A DNA stretch of 64,000 bases from Bdellovibrionota bacterium (GTDB taxonomy: Bacteria > Bdellovibrionota_C > UBA2361 > OMII01), in the NCBI GenBank assembly GCA_044356215.1, contig JBIKWQ010000004.1, positions 1 through 64,000 on the forward strand, given 5' to 3'. The position numbers were made by a program, and so were the translations under genes. Under the pieces are notes generated by a model that made no database searches, was not told the origin of the DNA, and was given only the letters and a program-made list of their open reading frames with translations. The stretch's first letter is position 1, and every line of letters begins with the position of its first letter. Below, in pieces: positions 20,911-31,567 of the stretch.

Positions 20911-21576
20911 ATGACTTCTGATAAAGCAAACGCAAAGATTTATGACGCCGCAGGCAATGAGAAGGGCTCAGTAGCGCTCACCCCGGCTGTTTTTCAGGCT
21001 CAAGTTAAGGCTGAGCTAGTTCATGGGACAGTTCGCTGGCAGCGCGCTAAGCGCCGCGCCGGTACCCACGATGTTCTCACTCGTAGTGAGATGAAGGGAG
21101 GCGGCAAGAAACCTTTCAAGCAGAAGGGGACAGGTAACGCCCGTGCTGGATCGATCATCTCGCCTCTATGGGTTGGTGGAGCGATCGTTCACGGACCGAC
21201 TCCGCGCAGCTATGAGTTCCGTATGTCGAAGAAGATGCGCCAAGGAGCTCTCCGTTCAGCTCTTTCAGCTAAGGCGTCTGAGGGTACTTTCCGCGTTCTC
21301 GAGTCTGTATCGGGAGCTACTGGTAAGACTAAAGATGCTGTGGCAATGCTTAAGAGCCTTGGTGTTTACGGTTCCAAGACCTTAGTAATCGTTCCAAACG
21401 TTGAGTCGGATGAGAAGGGCAAGTTCGTTTTGGGACTGAGGAATATTGAGAAGGTAACGGTTGTGCCGGTAGCTGGAGTTAACGTGTACGACCTAGTTAA
21501 CAGCGCTAATGTAGTGTGTGTCCAAGCGGCTTTGGCCGAGCTTGAGGCGCGCGCTGGAGAGGCGGTTGCCGATTAG
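20911..21576 (+). CDS. rplD: 50S ribosomal protein L4
   Basis: KPFKQKGTGNARAG, HGPTPR. Confidence 0.98.
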   Translation: MTSDKANAKIYDAAGNEKGSVALTPAVFQAQVKAELVHGTVRWQRAKRRAGTHDVLTRSEMKGGGKKPFKQKGTGNARAGSIISPLWVGGAIVHGPTPRSYEFRMSKKMRQGALRSALSAKASEGTFRVLESVSGATGKTKDAVAMLKSLGVYGSKTLVIVPNVESDEKGKFVLGLRNIEKVTVVPVAGVNVYDLVNSANVVCVQAALAELEARAGEAVAD

Positions 21577-21610
21577 TTGTTTTTGAGGCGAGCTTAATAG
21601 AGGTATAATT

Positions 21611-21937
21611 ATGGCTAATAAGAAGAATCAAACAGCCGCTGCAGCGAGTGTAAACGATTACGCTGTACTTCTTTCTCCTGTAATCAGCGAGAAGGGTGCT
21701 CTCGTCGGTGAGTCCGGAAGGGTGGTTACTCTCCGAGTTGACCCACGCGCTACCAAGGAGGATATCCGAGGAGCCGTTGAGAGAGTGTTCTCAGTGAAGG
21801 TGGACGGTGTGAGAACCTGCACATTTCAAGGCAAGCTCAAGCGCACAGCGCGTGGGAGTGGCCGTCGTGCTGGTTACAAAAAGGCGTATGTCACTTTGGC
21901 CCAGGGAAGCAAGATTGACCTGGTAGAGGGACTTTAA
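21611..21937 (+). CDS. rplW: 50S ribosomal protein L23
   Basis: PVISEK, KKAYVTL; S10 operon position. Confidence 0.97.
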   Translation: MANKKNQTAAAASVNDYAVLLSPVISEKGALVGESGRVVTLRVDPRATKEDIRGAVERVFSVKVDGVRTCTFQGKLKRTARGSGRRAGYKKAYVTLAQGSKIDLVEGL

Positions 21938-21981
21938 TTTAGGGATTTGGTAAGGGCTTAAATCAAGTAAGAGGCTAAGCT

Positions 21982-22806
21982 ATGGCTGTTAAGAGTTTCA
22001 GACCAACAACACCGAGCCGTCGTTATCTGACGGTTTCGGATTTCTCGGAGATTACAACCGATAGGCCAGAGAAGGGCCTCTTGGCTAAGTACTCCAGCAC
22101 CGGAGGACGTAATAACTACGGCCGTAACACCAACATCAACAAAGGTGGTGGTCACAAGCGTCGTTACCGTCTAATCGACTTTCGCCGTGATAAGGCAGGT
22201 ATCAACGGAACTGTTACATCAGTTGAGTACGATCCGAATCGTACTGCCCGTATCGCCTTGGTAACTTATACTGATGGAGAGAAGCGTTACATCTTAGCTC
22301 CTCAGGGTCTTTTTGTTGGCCAAGTCATTAGTGCTGGTCCAGACGCGGAGATTAAGCCAGGAAACGCGCTCCCGCTGAAGTCGATTCCTCTCGGAGAGAA
22401 TATTCACAACGTTGAGCTAAAGATCAAAGGTGGCGCGCAGTTAGTGCGTTCCGCAGGAGCGGCTGCTCAGCTCGTGGCTAAGGAAGGTGATTACGCGACG
22501 GTAAAATTACCGTCCGGAGAGATGCGTAAGGTATCGGTTGAGTGCTATGCTTCAATCGGTTCAGTAAGCAATCCAGACCACCAGAACCGGGTGCTTGGTA
22601 AGGCGGGAAGGAGCCGTTGGCTTAACCGTCGTCCACACAATCGTGGAGTTACCAAGAACCCAGTTGACCATCCTATGGGTGGAGGAGAAGGAAAGTCCAA
22701 GGGTGGAAGACATCCATGTTCTCGTACAGGTCTGTTGGCGAAGGGTCTCAAGACTCGCACCAACAAGCGTACACAGAAGTTTATTGTTCGTAAGCGTACT
22801 AAGTAG
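21982..22806 (+). CDS. rplB: 50S ribosomal protein L2
   Basis: [24 protein letters not shown]. Confidence 0.99.
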   Translation: MAVKSFRPTTPSRRYLTVSDFSEITTDRPEKGLLAKYSSTGGRNNYGRNTNINKGGGHKRRYRLIDFRRDKAGINGTVTSVEYDPNRTARIALVTYTDGEKRYILAPQGLFVGQVISAGPDAEIKPGNALPLKSIPLGENIHNVELKIKGGAQLVRSAGAAAQLVAKEGDYATVKLPSGEMRKVSVECYASIGSVSNPDHQNRVLGKAGRSRWLNRRPHNRGVTKNPVDHPMGGGEGKSKGGRHPCSRTGLLAKGLKTRTNKRTQKFIVRKRTK

Positions 22807-22823
22807 TCGAGTAGGGGGAAGCT

Positions 22824-23093
22824 ATGGCTCGTTCCATTAAGAAGGGACCATTTGTAGATAACAGTTTGCTCAAGTGGATTGAGCGCGCTAAGTCGGGGGC
22901 TCATAAGGGGCCAATCAAGACTTGGTCACGTCGCTCAACGATCACTCCGGATATGATCGGATTGACGTTCGCGGTCCACAACGGCAAGAAGTTCAACGCC
23001 GTGTTTGTTACCGAGAATATGATCGGGCACAAGTTGGGAGAGTTCTCCCCAACCCGAACATTCCACGGTCACTCAGCGAAGGCGGCGGCCTAG
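22824..23093 (+). CDS. rpsS: 30S ribosomal protein S19
   Basis: [21 protein letters not shown]. Confidence 0.99.
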   Translation: MARSIKKGPFVDNSLLKWIERAKSGAHKGPIKTWSRRSTITPDMIGLTFAVHNGKKFNAVFVTENMIGHKLGEFSPTRTFHGHSAKAAA

Positions 23094-23127
23094 TAAGTTT
23101 TTAGCGTGTAAGTGAAGGTCATTGGCT

Positions 23128-23499
23128 ATGGCTAAGAAGACAAAAAATCAGGGAAGCAATAATAGCGAGGTAGCGACAGCTACGTTGCGTCACATCAGGA
23201 TGTCGCCTCGCAAGGCTCGTCTGGTTGTAGATTTAATCCGTGGAAAACAGGTTGAGCCAGCTTTGGCTATCCTGAAGTTCTCTCCTAAGAAGGGTGCTAA
23301 GTTGGCTCTAAAGCTGTTGCAGTCGGCGATCGCTAACGCTAGGGAGCAGCAGCGCGCGGATGTTGATACTCTTTGGGTTACTAAGAGTTGGGTAGACGAG
23401 GGGCGTACTCTTAAGCGTTATATGCCTGCAGCTCACGGTCGCGCTAATCCGATTCGTAAGCGTTCGTCGCACATGACGATTGTGGTCGGTGAGAAATAA
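23128..23499 (+). CDS. rplV: 50S ribosomal protein L22
   Basis: [21 protein letters not shown]. Confidence 0.97.
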   Translation: MAKKTKNQGSNNSEVATATLRHIRMSPRKARLVVDLIRGKQVEPALAILKFSPKKGAKLALKLLQSAIANAREQQRADVDTLWVTKSWVDEGRTLKRYMPAAHGRANPIRKRSSHMTIVVGEK

Positions 23500-23522
23500 G
23501 TTTTTAGGAAGGGAGTTCTGTT

Positions 23523-24185
23523 ATGGGACAAAAAGTTAGTCCACGCGGTTTGCGATTAGGTATCATCGAGGGCTGGAGATCAAAGTGGTTCGCCTCTAAG
23601 GATATCGCCAAGTACATCGGCGAGGATGTTAAGATCCGTAAGTTCGTCAAGGATAAGTTGCATGCCGCTGGTATCGCTAAAGTGGAGATCGAGCGTGCTG
23701 CAGCCCGTGTTAAGGTAAATATCTATACCGCTAAGCCCGGTTTGGTAATCGGTAAGAAGGGCAAGGACATTGAGGATCTTCGAAAGGACCTTAAGAACCT
23801 TGTTAAGCGCGATGTAAACTTGAGTATCATTGAGGCTCGCAAGGCTGATATGGACGCTCAGTTAGTAGCTGAAGGGATCGCTTTTCAGCTAGAGCGTCGT
23901 GTTAACTTCCGTCGCGCTATGAAGGACGCGGTTGGAAGAGCTCAGCGTGTAGGAGCAGAGGGAATCAAGATCCGTGTTTCTGGTCGTTTGAATGGAGCGG
24001 AGATCGCTCGTACTGAGGCGACTAAAGAGGGACGTGTCCCACTTCATACTTTACGTGCTGATATTGATTACGGTTTCGCTGAGGCGAGCACAACGTACGG
24101 TATCATCGGCGTTAAAGTTTGGGTCTTCAAAGGTGAGAAGTTCGCCCCAGGTGAGGAGCCTGCGGGAGAGGCTATTCAGATGTAA
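23523..24185 (+). CDS. rpsC: 30S ribosomal protein S3
   Basis: [19 protein letters not shown]. Confidence 0.99.
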   Translation: MGQKVSPRGLRLGIIEGWRSKWFASKDIAKYIGEDVKIRKFVKDKLHAAGIAKVEIERAAARVKVNIYTAKPGLVIGKKGKDIEDLRKDLKNLVKRDVNLSIIEARKADMDAQLVAEGIAFQLERRVNFRRAMKDAVGRAQRVGAEGIKIRVSGRLNGAEIARTEATKEGRVPLHTLRADIDYGFAEASTTYGIIGVKVWVFKGEKFAPGEEPAGEAIQM

Positions 24186-24221
24186 GGTCGGATCGGCCAC
24201 AAAGAGTATTCGGAGTAGAGT

Positions 24222-24647
24222 ATGTTACAGCCAAAGAAACCACGTTATCGCAAGCAGATGAAGCTTTACCGTCACCTTAAGATTAAGGAGACGCGAGGAT
24301 GCACACTTGAGTTCGGTGAGTTCGGCCTCCGCGCTATGGAAGCTGGATGGATTACCAATCGTCAGATCGAGGCAGCTCGTCAGACGATGGTTCGTCACCT
24401 CAAGCGTGGCGGAAAGGTCTGGATCAAGGTCTTCCCGGATAAGCCACTTACCAAGAAGCCTGCTGAAGTGCGTATGGGTAAGGGAAAGGGTTCCGTGGAG
24501 ACTTGGGTAGCTGAGGTTAAGTCTGGGCGTCTGATGTACGAGGTTACGGGGGTTGCCGAGAAGATAGCAGTTGAGGCTTTGGAGTTGGCGGCCGCTAAGC
24601 TGCCGATAAAGACTAAGGTAGTAATCCGTAGCAGCACCTTGATTTAA
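24222..24647 (+). CDS. rplP: 50S ribosomal protein L16
   Basis: [18 protein letters not shown]. Confidence 0.99.
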   Translation: MLQPKKPRYRKQMKLYRHLKIKETRGCTLEFGEFGLRAMEAGWITNRQIEAARQTMVRHLKRGGKVWIKVFPDKPLTKKPAEVRMGKGKGSVETWVAEVKSGRLMYEVTGVAEKIAVEALELAAAKLPIKTKVVIRSSTLI

Positions 24648-24754
24648 AGCCGAGAAACCGGCATATTGCGGCCTCGTTTTTGTAAAAGCAGGCGGCGAGA
24701 TAGTCGATTAGTGCTTGGTGCATGATTACGAACAGAAAGAAGTAGGTAAGAGTT

Positions 24755-24964
24755 ATGAAGCGCAAGGATTTTCTAAAGGAAATCAACGGTTTGGATGCGG
24801 TGGCGCTCCAAGAGAAGGCGAATAAGTTGGCTGAGGAGCAGATGCGCCTACGCTTTAAGCAAGCGTCAAAGCAGCTGGACAAGTCTCACCTTCTTAAGAG
24901 CAACAGGAAGGAGTTAGCTCGGGTGCAGACAGCTCTGACCCAAAAAAAGAGCAAAGCCGCGTAG
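24755..24964 (+). CDS. rpmC: 50S ribosomal protein L29
   Basis: LRFKQAS..RKELARVQT; operon position. Confidence 0.93.
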   Translation: MKRKDFLKEINGLDAVALQEKANKLAEEQMRLRFKQASKQLDKSHLLKSNRKELARVQTALTQKKSKAA

Positions 24965-25034
24965 TTGTGGAGTTTGCTTAAGAAACTAAGTATTTAGATA
25001 ATGAGTGCGGTAATTAGGTAGTGCGAGAAGCTTT

Positions 25035-25355
25035 ATGGCAGAGACAAAGAAAGAGGCAGTAAAAGCCAAGTCAGAGCAAACGGAGGCATCAACAGACGCC
25101 ACGACTAGAGGTTTGCGGAAGACCCAGGACGGTATCGTTGTGAGCAGCAAGATGGACAAGACGATCGTTGTATCGGTCGTTAGGCAGGTTCGTCACTCGA
25201 CGTACGGAAAGTTCGTTCGTAGGACTAAGAAGTTCTACGCTCACGATGAGTCAAACCAGTGTGGAATTGGTGACCGTGTGCGGATCGTTGAAGCGAGGCC
25301 GCTGAGCAAGTTGAAGAGGTGGAAGTTAGAGTCCGTTCTCAAGAAGGCTGAGTAA
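25035..25355 (+). CDS. rpsQ: 30S ribosomal protein S17
   Basis: [20 protein letters not shown]. Confidence 0.98.
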   Translation: MAETKKEAVKAKSEQTEASTDATTRGLRKTQDGIVVSSKMDKTIVVSVVRQVRHSTYGKFVRRTKKFYAHDESNQCGIGDRVRIVEARPLSKLKRWKLESVLKKAE

Positions 25356-25384
25356 CGGGTAAATTTTATTAGGCGGTACAGGTT

Positions 25385-25753
25385 ATGATTCAGCTTAAAT
25401 CTTTGCTCGAGGTAGCGGATAACTCGGGCGCTAGAAAAGTTATTTGCGTTAAGGTGCTCGGCGGTAGCCGTCGTCGGTACGCGAGTGTTGGCGATGTCGT
25501 GGTGGTAGCGGTTCGTGAGGCGACTCCGAATTCTAAGATCGCCAAGGGGTCAGTTCACAAGGCGGTGGTTGTTCGGACAGCCAAAGAGGTTAGTCGTGAA
25601 GATGGGTCTTACATCCGCTTCGACGATAACAGCGTGGTTTTGATCGATGATTCTTCAGAGCCGAAAGGTACTCGTATCTTCGGCCCAGTAGCTCGTGAGC
25701 TACGTGGTAAGAAGTTCATGAAGATCGTTTCGTTGGCTCCGGAAGTTCTGTAG
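25385..25753 (+). CDS. rplN: 50S ribosomal protein L14
   Basis: [26 protein letters not shown]. Confidence 0.99.
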   Translation: MIQLKSLLEVADNSGARKVICVKVLGGSRRRYASVGDVVVVAVREATPNSKIAKGSVHKAVVVRTAKEVSREDGSYIRFDDNSVVLIDDSSEPKGTRIFGPVARELRGKKFMKIVSLAPEVL

Positions 25754-25771
25754 TAGGTGAGGAGGTAAGTC

Positions 25772-26167
25772 GTGGCTGCTAAGAAAGCAAAGAAGCAAGA
25801 GGTTAAGAAGGTTCCTACCTTCCTCAAGAAGGGTGACCCGGTGATGGTTATCGCTGGTGGAAACAAGAACAAGAGGGCGATCAAGGGCCAGGTGTCGAAG
25901 ATCAAGGCGATTGTTGGCGATAAGTGCGACAGGGTAATCCTTGATGGCTTGAACCTGTTTACACGCCATAAGCGCGCCACAGCTCCAGGAGAGCAGGGCG
26001 GCAAGATTCAAGTTGAGAGGTCTGTTCACATCTCGAACGTAATGTATTACGTCGAGGCGCTGAAGCGTCCTGTTCGTTTAGTGAAGGATGTAACCGCTGA
26101 CGGCAAGCGTGTTCGTGGTTACAGAGATCCGAAGAGTGACAAGTTCGTCCAGCTTGAGGCGAAGTAG
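25772..26167 (+). CDS. rplX: 50S ribosomal protein L24
   Basis: [16 protein letters not shown]. Confidence 0.95.
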   Translation: MAAKKAKKQEVKKVPTFLKKGDPVMVIAGGNKNKRAIKGQVSKIKAIVGDKCDRVILDGLNLFTRHKRATAPGEQGGKIQVERSVHISNVMYYVEALKRPVRLVKDVTADGKRVRGYRDPKSDKFVQLEAK

Positions 26168-26174
26168 AGGTAAT

Positions 26175-26717
26175 ATGAATCGTTTATCTGAGCATTACAC
26201 ACAGGTAGTAGTACCAGCTTTGATGAAGAAGTTTAACTACTCTTCACCGATGCAGGTTCCAAAAATTGAGAAGATAGTCTTGAACACTGGAGTTCGCGAC
26301 GCTGTCAACAACTCAAAGGCTATTCAGTTTGTTGAGTACGCGATGAATCGCATCAGCGGCCAGAAGCCAGTGGTGACACGAGCTAAGAAGTCCATTGCGG
26401 CTTTCAAGTTGCGTGAGGGGCTTCCGATCGGAGTTATGGTAACGATGCGCAAGCGTCGCATGTATGACTTCTTGGATCGGTTTGTTTCAGTAGTGTTGCC
26501 GCGAGTGCGTGACTTCCGGGGTGTGCCTCGTAAGGGATTCGATGGTCGTGGTAACTACACGATGGGACTTAAGGAGCAGATCGTATTTCCGGAGGTTGAG
26601 ATCGATAAGCTCGACCAGATTCGTGGATTGGATATCACCTTCGTCACTTCGGCGAAATCGGACGAAGAGGGTTTCGAGTTATTAGAGTTAATGGGAATGC
26701 CATTCCGTAAGAATTAA
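26175..26717 (+). CDS. rplE: 50S ribosomal protein L5
   Basis: [19 protein letters not shown] at 26175 after GAGG. Confidence 0.99.
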   Translation: MNRLSEHYTQVVVPALMKKFNYSSPMQVPKIEKIVLNTGVRDAVNNSKAIQFVEYAMNRISGQKPVVTRAKKSIAAFKLREGLPIGVMVTMRKRRMYDFLDRFVSVVLPRVRDFRGVPRKGFDGRGNYTMGLKEQIVFPEVEIDKLDQIRGLDITFVTSAKSDEEGFELLELMGMPFRKN

Positions 26718-26731
26718 TCGAGGTAGGTGTT

Positions 26732-27130
26732 ATGATAAACGATCACGTGTCAGATATGATCACCCGGATCAGAAACGGTCAACGTGCTGGTCACAGATCA
26801 GTGTTGGTGACCTCTTCTAAGATGAATAAGAGCATCTTAGAGGTGCTAAAGCGCGAGGGGTTGATCGAGGGATTTGAGGGAGCCGAGGATGCTAACAAGC
26901 GATCAGCTCTAAGAGTAGGTCTGAAGTACTACACAAGTGGTAAGCCGATGATCTCGCGCGTTGAGCGCGTATCAAAGCCTGGCTGCAGGAAGTATTTCGA
27001 AGTTGAGAGCTTGCCGAAGGTTAGCAGCGGTCTTGGAATCGCAATCGTGTCTACCTCCAAAGGAGTTATGACGGATAACGAGGCTCGCAGAAGCAAGGTC
27101 GGTGGAGAGGTTATAGCTCTAGTTGGATAG
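26732..27130 (+). CDS. rpsH: 30S ribosomal protein S8
   Basis: DMITRIRN, SKPGCR, GLGIAIVSTSKG. Confidence 0.98.
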   Translation: MINDHVSDMITRIRNGQRAGHRSVLVTSSKMNKSILEVLKREGLIEGFEGAEDANKRSALRVGLKYYTSGKPMISRVERVSKPGCRKYFEVESLPKVSSGLGIAIVSTSKGVMTDNEARRSKVGGEVIALVG

Positions 27131-27178
27131 AGTTTTTTCGCGATGAGAGTCGCGTCTTGATTTGTTAAGAGGTGTCGT

Positions 27179-27715
27179 ATGTCACGTATCGGAAAGTTGC
27201 CAGTAGCGCTTCCACAAGGGGTTAAGGGCGCGGTTTCGGGCTCTGTAGTGTCAGTAGAGGGCCCTAAGGGTAAGCTATCTTACAATGTAAGGCCTGGGGT
27301 GAAAGTTGAGCTTAATGACGGCAAGTTCGCTGTTTCATTGGTTGGAACTGATGCTCAATCGAAAGCTGATTACGGAACAACACGCGCTACGATCAACAAC
27401 ATGGTCAAGGGCGTTAGTACCGGATGGAAGAAGAGCCTTGAGCTCAACGGAGTAGGTTACGTCGCGAAGTTGCAAGGCAAGAATCTTGTTCTTAGTGTTG
27501 GTTTCTCACACGATGTCACGATGGTGATTCCTGACGCGGTGAAATGCACAGTAGGTAAGAACGTAATCGACCTCGAGTCAAATGACCGTGAGGTCTTGGG
27601 AACGTTCGCGGCTAAGGTGCGTGATGTTCAGCCTCCAGAGCCTTACTTGGGTAAGGGTATCAAGTACTCAGATGAGAAGGTTCGTCGTAAGGCTGGTAAG
27701 ACAGGTAAGAAGTAA
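27179..27715 (+). CDS. rplF: 50S ribosomal protein L6
   Basis: MSRIGKLP, PPEPYLGKGIKY. Confidence 0.99.
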   Translation: MSRIGKLPVALPQGVKGAVSGSVVSVEGPKGKLSYNVRPGVKVELNDGKFAVSLVGTDAQSKADYGTTRATINNMVKGVSTGWKKSLELNGVGYVAKLQGKNLVLSVGFSHDVTMVIPDAVKCTVGKNVIDLESNDREVLGTFAAKVRDVQPPEPYLGKGIKYSDEKVRRKAGKTGKK

Positions 27716-27751
27716 TAGGTAGCTTAAGAAGCAGTTAGGAGTGGGGGCCGT

Positions 27752-28159
27752 ATGGCAACGCAAGGTAAGAAGATAGCAAAGACAGCTAGAGCAAAGAGGA
27801 AGTTAAGAATTCGCCAGAAGGTCGAGGGCAGCGCCCAGAAGCCTCGCTTGAGCATTTTCCGCAGTTCGAAGCACACCTATGCACAGGTGATCGCGGATGA
27901 TGGTCACAAGACATTAGCGAGCGCCTCAACCCTAGATAAGGATGTGCAGGCTAAGGTGGCCAGTCTCGTTAAGGGGCAAGATGGAGCTAAGGGCAGCACA
28001 AAGTCCGTTAGCGCGGCGCGCGCGGTGGGAATGGTGCTAGCGGAGCGCGCTAAAGCGGCTCAGGTATCTCAGGTTGTATTCGATCGCAATGGTTTCCTTT
28101 ACGCGGGACGTGTTAAGGCGCTTGCTGATGGGGCTCGTGAGGGTGGTTTGAATTTTTAA
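27752..28159 (+). CDS. rplR: 50S ribosomal protein L18
   Basis: [23 protein letters not shown]. Confidence 0.98.
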   Translation: MATQGKKIAKTARAKRKLRIRQKVEGSAQKPRLSIFRSSKHTYAQVIADDGHKTLASASTLDKDVQAKVASLVKGQDGAKGSTKSVSAARAVGMVLAERAKAAQVSQVVFDRNGFLYAGRVKALADGAREGGLNF

Positions 28160-28169
28160 TCGGTGGTGT

Positions 28170-28706
28170 ATGGCTTTTAAGAAGAAACTCGATGATCGTA
28201 GGGTAACCGTAGAGCAGTGCGGTGAGCTCACTGATAAGACCGTTGGTATCAACCGTGTCGCTAAGGTTAGTAAGGGTGGTCGCCGATTCAGCTTCAGCGC
28301 ACTCGTTGTTACAGGCGATGGACGTGGACATATCGGCTTCGGTCTTGGCAAATCGGTTGAGGTGCCAGACGCTATTCGTAAGGCATCAGAGCAGGCTCGT
28401 AAGCGCTTAGTGAAGATTCCTCTAAAGGGAACAACGATACCACACGACATCGTCGGCAAGTCTGGTCCAACGACTGTCATCCTAAAGCCTGGTTCTCCAG
28501 GAACTGGAGTTATCGCGGGAGCTGCGGTGCGCGCGGTAATGGATGCTTGTGGTATTAAGGACATCCGTACCAAGTGCATCGGGTCAAGCACGGCTCAAAA
28601 CGTTTTGAGAGCTACTATCGCTGGATTACTCGGACTAGAAGAGCCTGAGGTAGTTGCAGCGGTGCGTGGACTCAAGCTTGAGGATATGGGATATCGTCCT
28701 TTCTAA
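28170..28706 (+). CDS. rpsE: 30S ribosomal protein S5
   Basis: NRVAKVSKGGRRFSFSALVV, GTGVIAG. Confidence 0.98.
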   Translation: MAFKKKLDDRRVTVEQCGELTDKTVGINRVAKVSKGGRRFSFSALVVTGDGRGHIGFGLGKSVEVPDAIRKASEQARKRLVKIPLKGTTIPHDIVGKSGPTTVILKPGSPGTGVIAGAAVRAVMDACGIKDIRTKCIGSSTAQNVLRATIAGLLGLEEPEVVAAVRGLKLEDMGYRPF

Positions 28707-28736
28707 TCAGAGAGAGAGTGAGAAGTAGGTTTGATT

Positions 28737-28919
28737 ATGAGCAAGGTAAGAGTAAAGCAGCTAAGAAGTAAGATCGGTCGTAATCCTGCGACAGTCAGAA
28801 CGCTCAAGGCTTTAGGCCTCGGGTCGATCGGTAAGGAGAAGGAGTTAGCGCTCAATCCAAGTGTCCAGGGTATGATTGACTCTGTTAAGCACCTTGTTGA
28901 GGTAACTCCGGTTAAGTAA
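28737..28919 (+). CDS. rpmD: 50S ribosomal protein L30
   Basis: RSKIGR, TLKALGL, VKHLVEV. Confidence 0.95.
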   Translation: MSKVRVKQLRSKIGRNPATVRTLKALGLGSIGKEKELALNPSVQGMIDSVKHLVEVTPVK

Positions 28920-28951
28920 TTGCGATTTGCGTGTAGTTGGTGAGGTCGGTT

Positions 28952-29431
28952 ATGGCCAGTAAGAATGTTTTAACTTTGAATACTTTAAAGCCGATGCCTG
29001 GGGCGCGTAAGCCGCGCACCAGAGTAGGGCGCGGAGAGGGATCCGGTCACGGAAAGACCTCTGGTAAGGGCGGTAAGGGCCAGACGGCTCGTTCCGGTGG
29101 TAAGATTCGCCCAGGATTTGAGGGAGGTCAGATGCCTCTTTACAGGCGTCTCCCTAAGGTTGGATTCACATCTCGCACTGAGGTTCGTGGTAAGAACGTT
29201 TACTCGATCGTGCGCTTGTCAGTTCTCGAGCGTCTCGATAACGGAGCAACTGTAGATGTAGCTAAGATTCAGTCGCTAGGATACGCCAAGAAGAGCTCTG
29301 AGCGCGCGGGCGTAAAGGTTCTCTCAGATGTTGAGAAGCTGACCAAGAAGTTACACGTTAAGGTTAACGCCATATCGGCTCAAGCGCGCGCTCAAGTAGA
29401 GGCGGCTGGTGGCACGGTGGAGTTAGTGTAA
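28952..29431 (+). CDS. rplO: 50S ribosomal protein L15
   Basis: GRGEGSGHGKT, GFEGGQMPLYRRLPK. Confidence 0.99.
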   Translation: MASKNVLTLNTLKPMPGARKPRTRVGRGEGSGHGKTSGKGGKGQTARSGGKIRPGFEGGQMPLYRRLPKVGFTSRTEVRGKNVYSIVRLSVLERLDNGATVDVAKIQSLGYAKKSSERAGVKVLSDVEKLTKKLHVKVNAISAQARAQVEAAGGTVELV

Positions 29432-29458
29432 GGTAGCTATATTAGTTGCTGATTATGC

Positions 29459-29508
29459 GCGGACCGCGCCGATCTGCTTTTGTCAGGTTGGGCGGTCCGT
29501 AGTTTTTT
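29459..29508 (+). terminator. Terminator-like hairpin between rplO and secY
   Basis: GCGGACCGC...GCGGTCCGT stem with an inner stem, followed by AGTTTTTT. Confidence 0.6.
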
Positions 29509-29615
29509 AAGCTGATTTTTGACCTCAAGTATCTGAAGATCACTGTGCGAAAGGGCTGTTTAAACGTATAGTGCCGATCGGGAATTTTAAGGGTTTAATT
29601 TATCAAAGGTATCGC

Positions 29616-30950
29616 ATGAATGGCTTGTTAGCGCTTTTCCAGATTCCGGAGCTAAAGAAGCGGCTTCTCTTTACTATTGGGATGCTCGCTGTGTATCGCT
29701 TCGGCGTGTTTGTTTCTACACCTGGTGTTGACGTGGATAAGATCCGCCAGATGTTTGAGTCAAACGCTAATACGCTTTTTGGCCTTATAAACCTGTTCTC
29801 GGGAGGAGCTCTTGAGCAGTTCTCGATCTTTACCCTCGGTATCTCGCCTTACATTACTGTCTCAATTATCATTCAACTTTTAACACCAAGCTTCCCGCAT
29901 CTGGAGAATTTAAAGAAAGAGGGAGATGCTGGTCGTCGTGTAATCACCAGGTATACCCGTCAGGGAACTATTCTTCTCGCGCTTTTCCAGAGTTTTATGA
30001 TCGCGCGGGCGCTGGAAGCCAAAGGACTCGCTACTCCAAGTTTAAGCTTTGAGCTGGTGACTATGATCACGCTGACAGCAGGAACAGCCTTTGTAATGTG
30101 GCTCGGTGAGCAGATTACTGAGCGCGGATTAGGAAATGGAACTAGCCTGATTATATTCGCCGGTATCGCCGCGCGCATGCCTTCTGTGTTTGGTTCAACT
30201 GTTGAGCTCGCACGCACAGGTGAGGTCTCGCCATTCACGATTATCGCGCTGATTCTCTTCTCGCTCTTCTCAATTTACGCAATTGTGTACGTTGAGCGCG
30301 CTCACCGAAAGATCCCAGTCCAGTATCCGAGGCGTATGGTCGGTAAGCGGATGACACAGGCGCAGACTCAGTACATGCCTCTTAAGTTAAATATGACTGG
30401 AGTTATCCCACCGATCTTCGCGTCAGCGATATTGATGGTTCCAGCTACTTTGGTGACTGTTCTTCCAGGGGCAGATCTCTCGGCTTTTGGTAAGTTCTTC
30501 ACTCCGGGTTCTTGGGGATACGAGAGCATCTATGTCGCTTTGATCGTGCTATTTAGTTTCTTCTACACAGCGGTTGTGTTTAATCCAACTGAGGTGGCTG
30601 ATAACTTAAAGAAGAACGGTGGATTTATTCCGCTAGTGCGACCGGGTTCAGAGACTGCGGATTATCTCTACGGGGTTCTTACAAGACTGACACTCTGGGG
30701 CGCAATCTACATCTCTCTAGTTTGTGTATTGCCTCAGGTGATTTACTTACAGATGGGAGCTTCGCAGTTCGCTTACGTCTTTGGCGGTACAGCTGTGCTG
30801 ATCGTTGTTGGAGTTACTTTAGATACGGCTTCTCAGATCGAGTCGATGTTGGTCGCCCGCAACTACGAGGCGTTTATGTCCAAAAACTCCAAAGTGCGTG
30901 GTGGTGCTGGCTCAGCTAGTTACACACGTAACAGATTAGTTCGTCGATAG
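29616..30950 (+). CDS. secY: Preprotein translocase subunit SecY
   Basis: FSGGAL, LGISPYI, WLGEQIT, GVIPPIFAS, GGFIP..RPG; ATG at 29616. Confidence 0.98.
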   Translation: MNGLLALFQIPELKKRLLFTIGMLAVYRFGVFVSTPGVDVDKIRQMFESNANTLFGLINLFSGGALEQFSIFTLGISPYITVSIIIQLLTPSFPHLENLKKEGDAGRRVITRYTRQGTILLALFQSFMIARALEAKGLATPSLSFELVTMITLTAGTAFVMWLGEQITERGLGNGTSLIIFAGIAARMPSVFGSTVELARTGEVSPFTIIALILFSLFSIYAIVYVERAHRKIPVQYPRRMVGKRMTQAQTQYMPLKLNMTGVIPPIFASAILMVPATLVTVLPGADLSAFGKFFTPGSWGYESIYVALIVLFSFFYTAVVFNPTEVADNLKKNGGFIPLVRPGSETADYLYGVLTRLTLWGAIYISLVCVLPQVIYLQMGASQFAYVFGGTAVLIVVGVTLDTASQIESMLVARNYEAFMSKNSKVRGGAGSASYTRNRLVRR

Positions 30951-30991
30951 TCTCAGTCGTTTAATCCGGTCGGTAAATCACGGAGGAAGAT

Positions 30992-31564
30992 ATGCGGATC
31001 GTTCTTTTAGGACCACCAGGAGCGGGAAAGGGCACACAGGCTCTTCTTATTACCAAGAAGTACGCCATTCCACACATCTCAACGGGAGAGATCTTGCGTG
31101 AGCAGGTGGCGCTTCAGTCACCGCTAGGGTTAAAGGTGAAGGCTACCTTGGATGCTGGAGAGCTGGTAACTGATGATCTGATTATGGCGATCATTAAGGA
31201 CAGGCTAGAGCGTCCTGATTGCGCTAAGGGCTTTCTACTCGATGGCATTCCTCGCACTATCAATCAATCAGAGATGCTGGATGCTATCTTGGCTAGGGCC
31301 GCTACGCCTCTTACTCATGTGGTTCAGATTACTGTTCCGCAGCAGGTTATCATGGATCGGATCAAGAGCCGTGGTGTTGCCAGCCAAGGCGGCAGGTCAG
31401 ATGATTCAGCGGAGGTTGCCGCTCATAGGTATCAGGTATATCTGACTCAAACAGCGCCGCTGGCGGCTTTTTATAGGGACCAGGATTGCCTCCGTCAGGT
31501 AGATGGTGTTGGAACGGTGGATGAGGTGTTTGAGCGCGTTTGCCGTGTGCTTGAGGGGGATTAA
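30992..31564 (+). CDS. adk: Adenylate kinase (short LID)
   Basis: GPPGAGKGTQ, HISTG, GFLLDGIPRT, RSDD. Confidence 0.97.
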   Translation: MRIVLLGPPGAGKGTQALLITKKYAIPHISTGEILREQVALQSPLGLKVKATLDAGELVTDDLIMAIIKDRLERPDCAKGFLLDGIPRTINQSEMLDAILARAATPLTHVVQITVPQQVIMDRIKSRGVASQGGRSDDSAEVAAHRYQVYLTQTAPLAAFYRDQDCLRQVDGVGTVDEVFERVCRVLEGD

Positions 31565-31567
31565 AGG

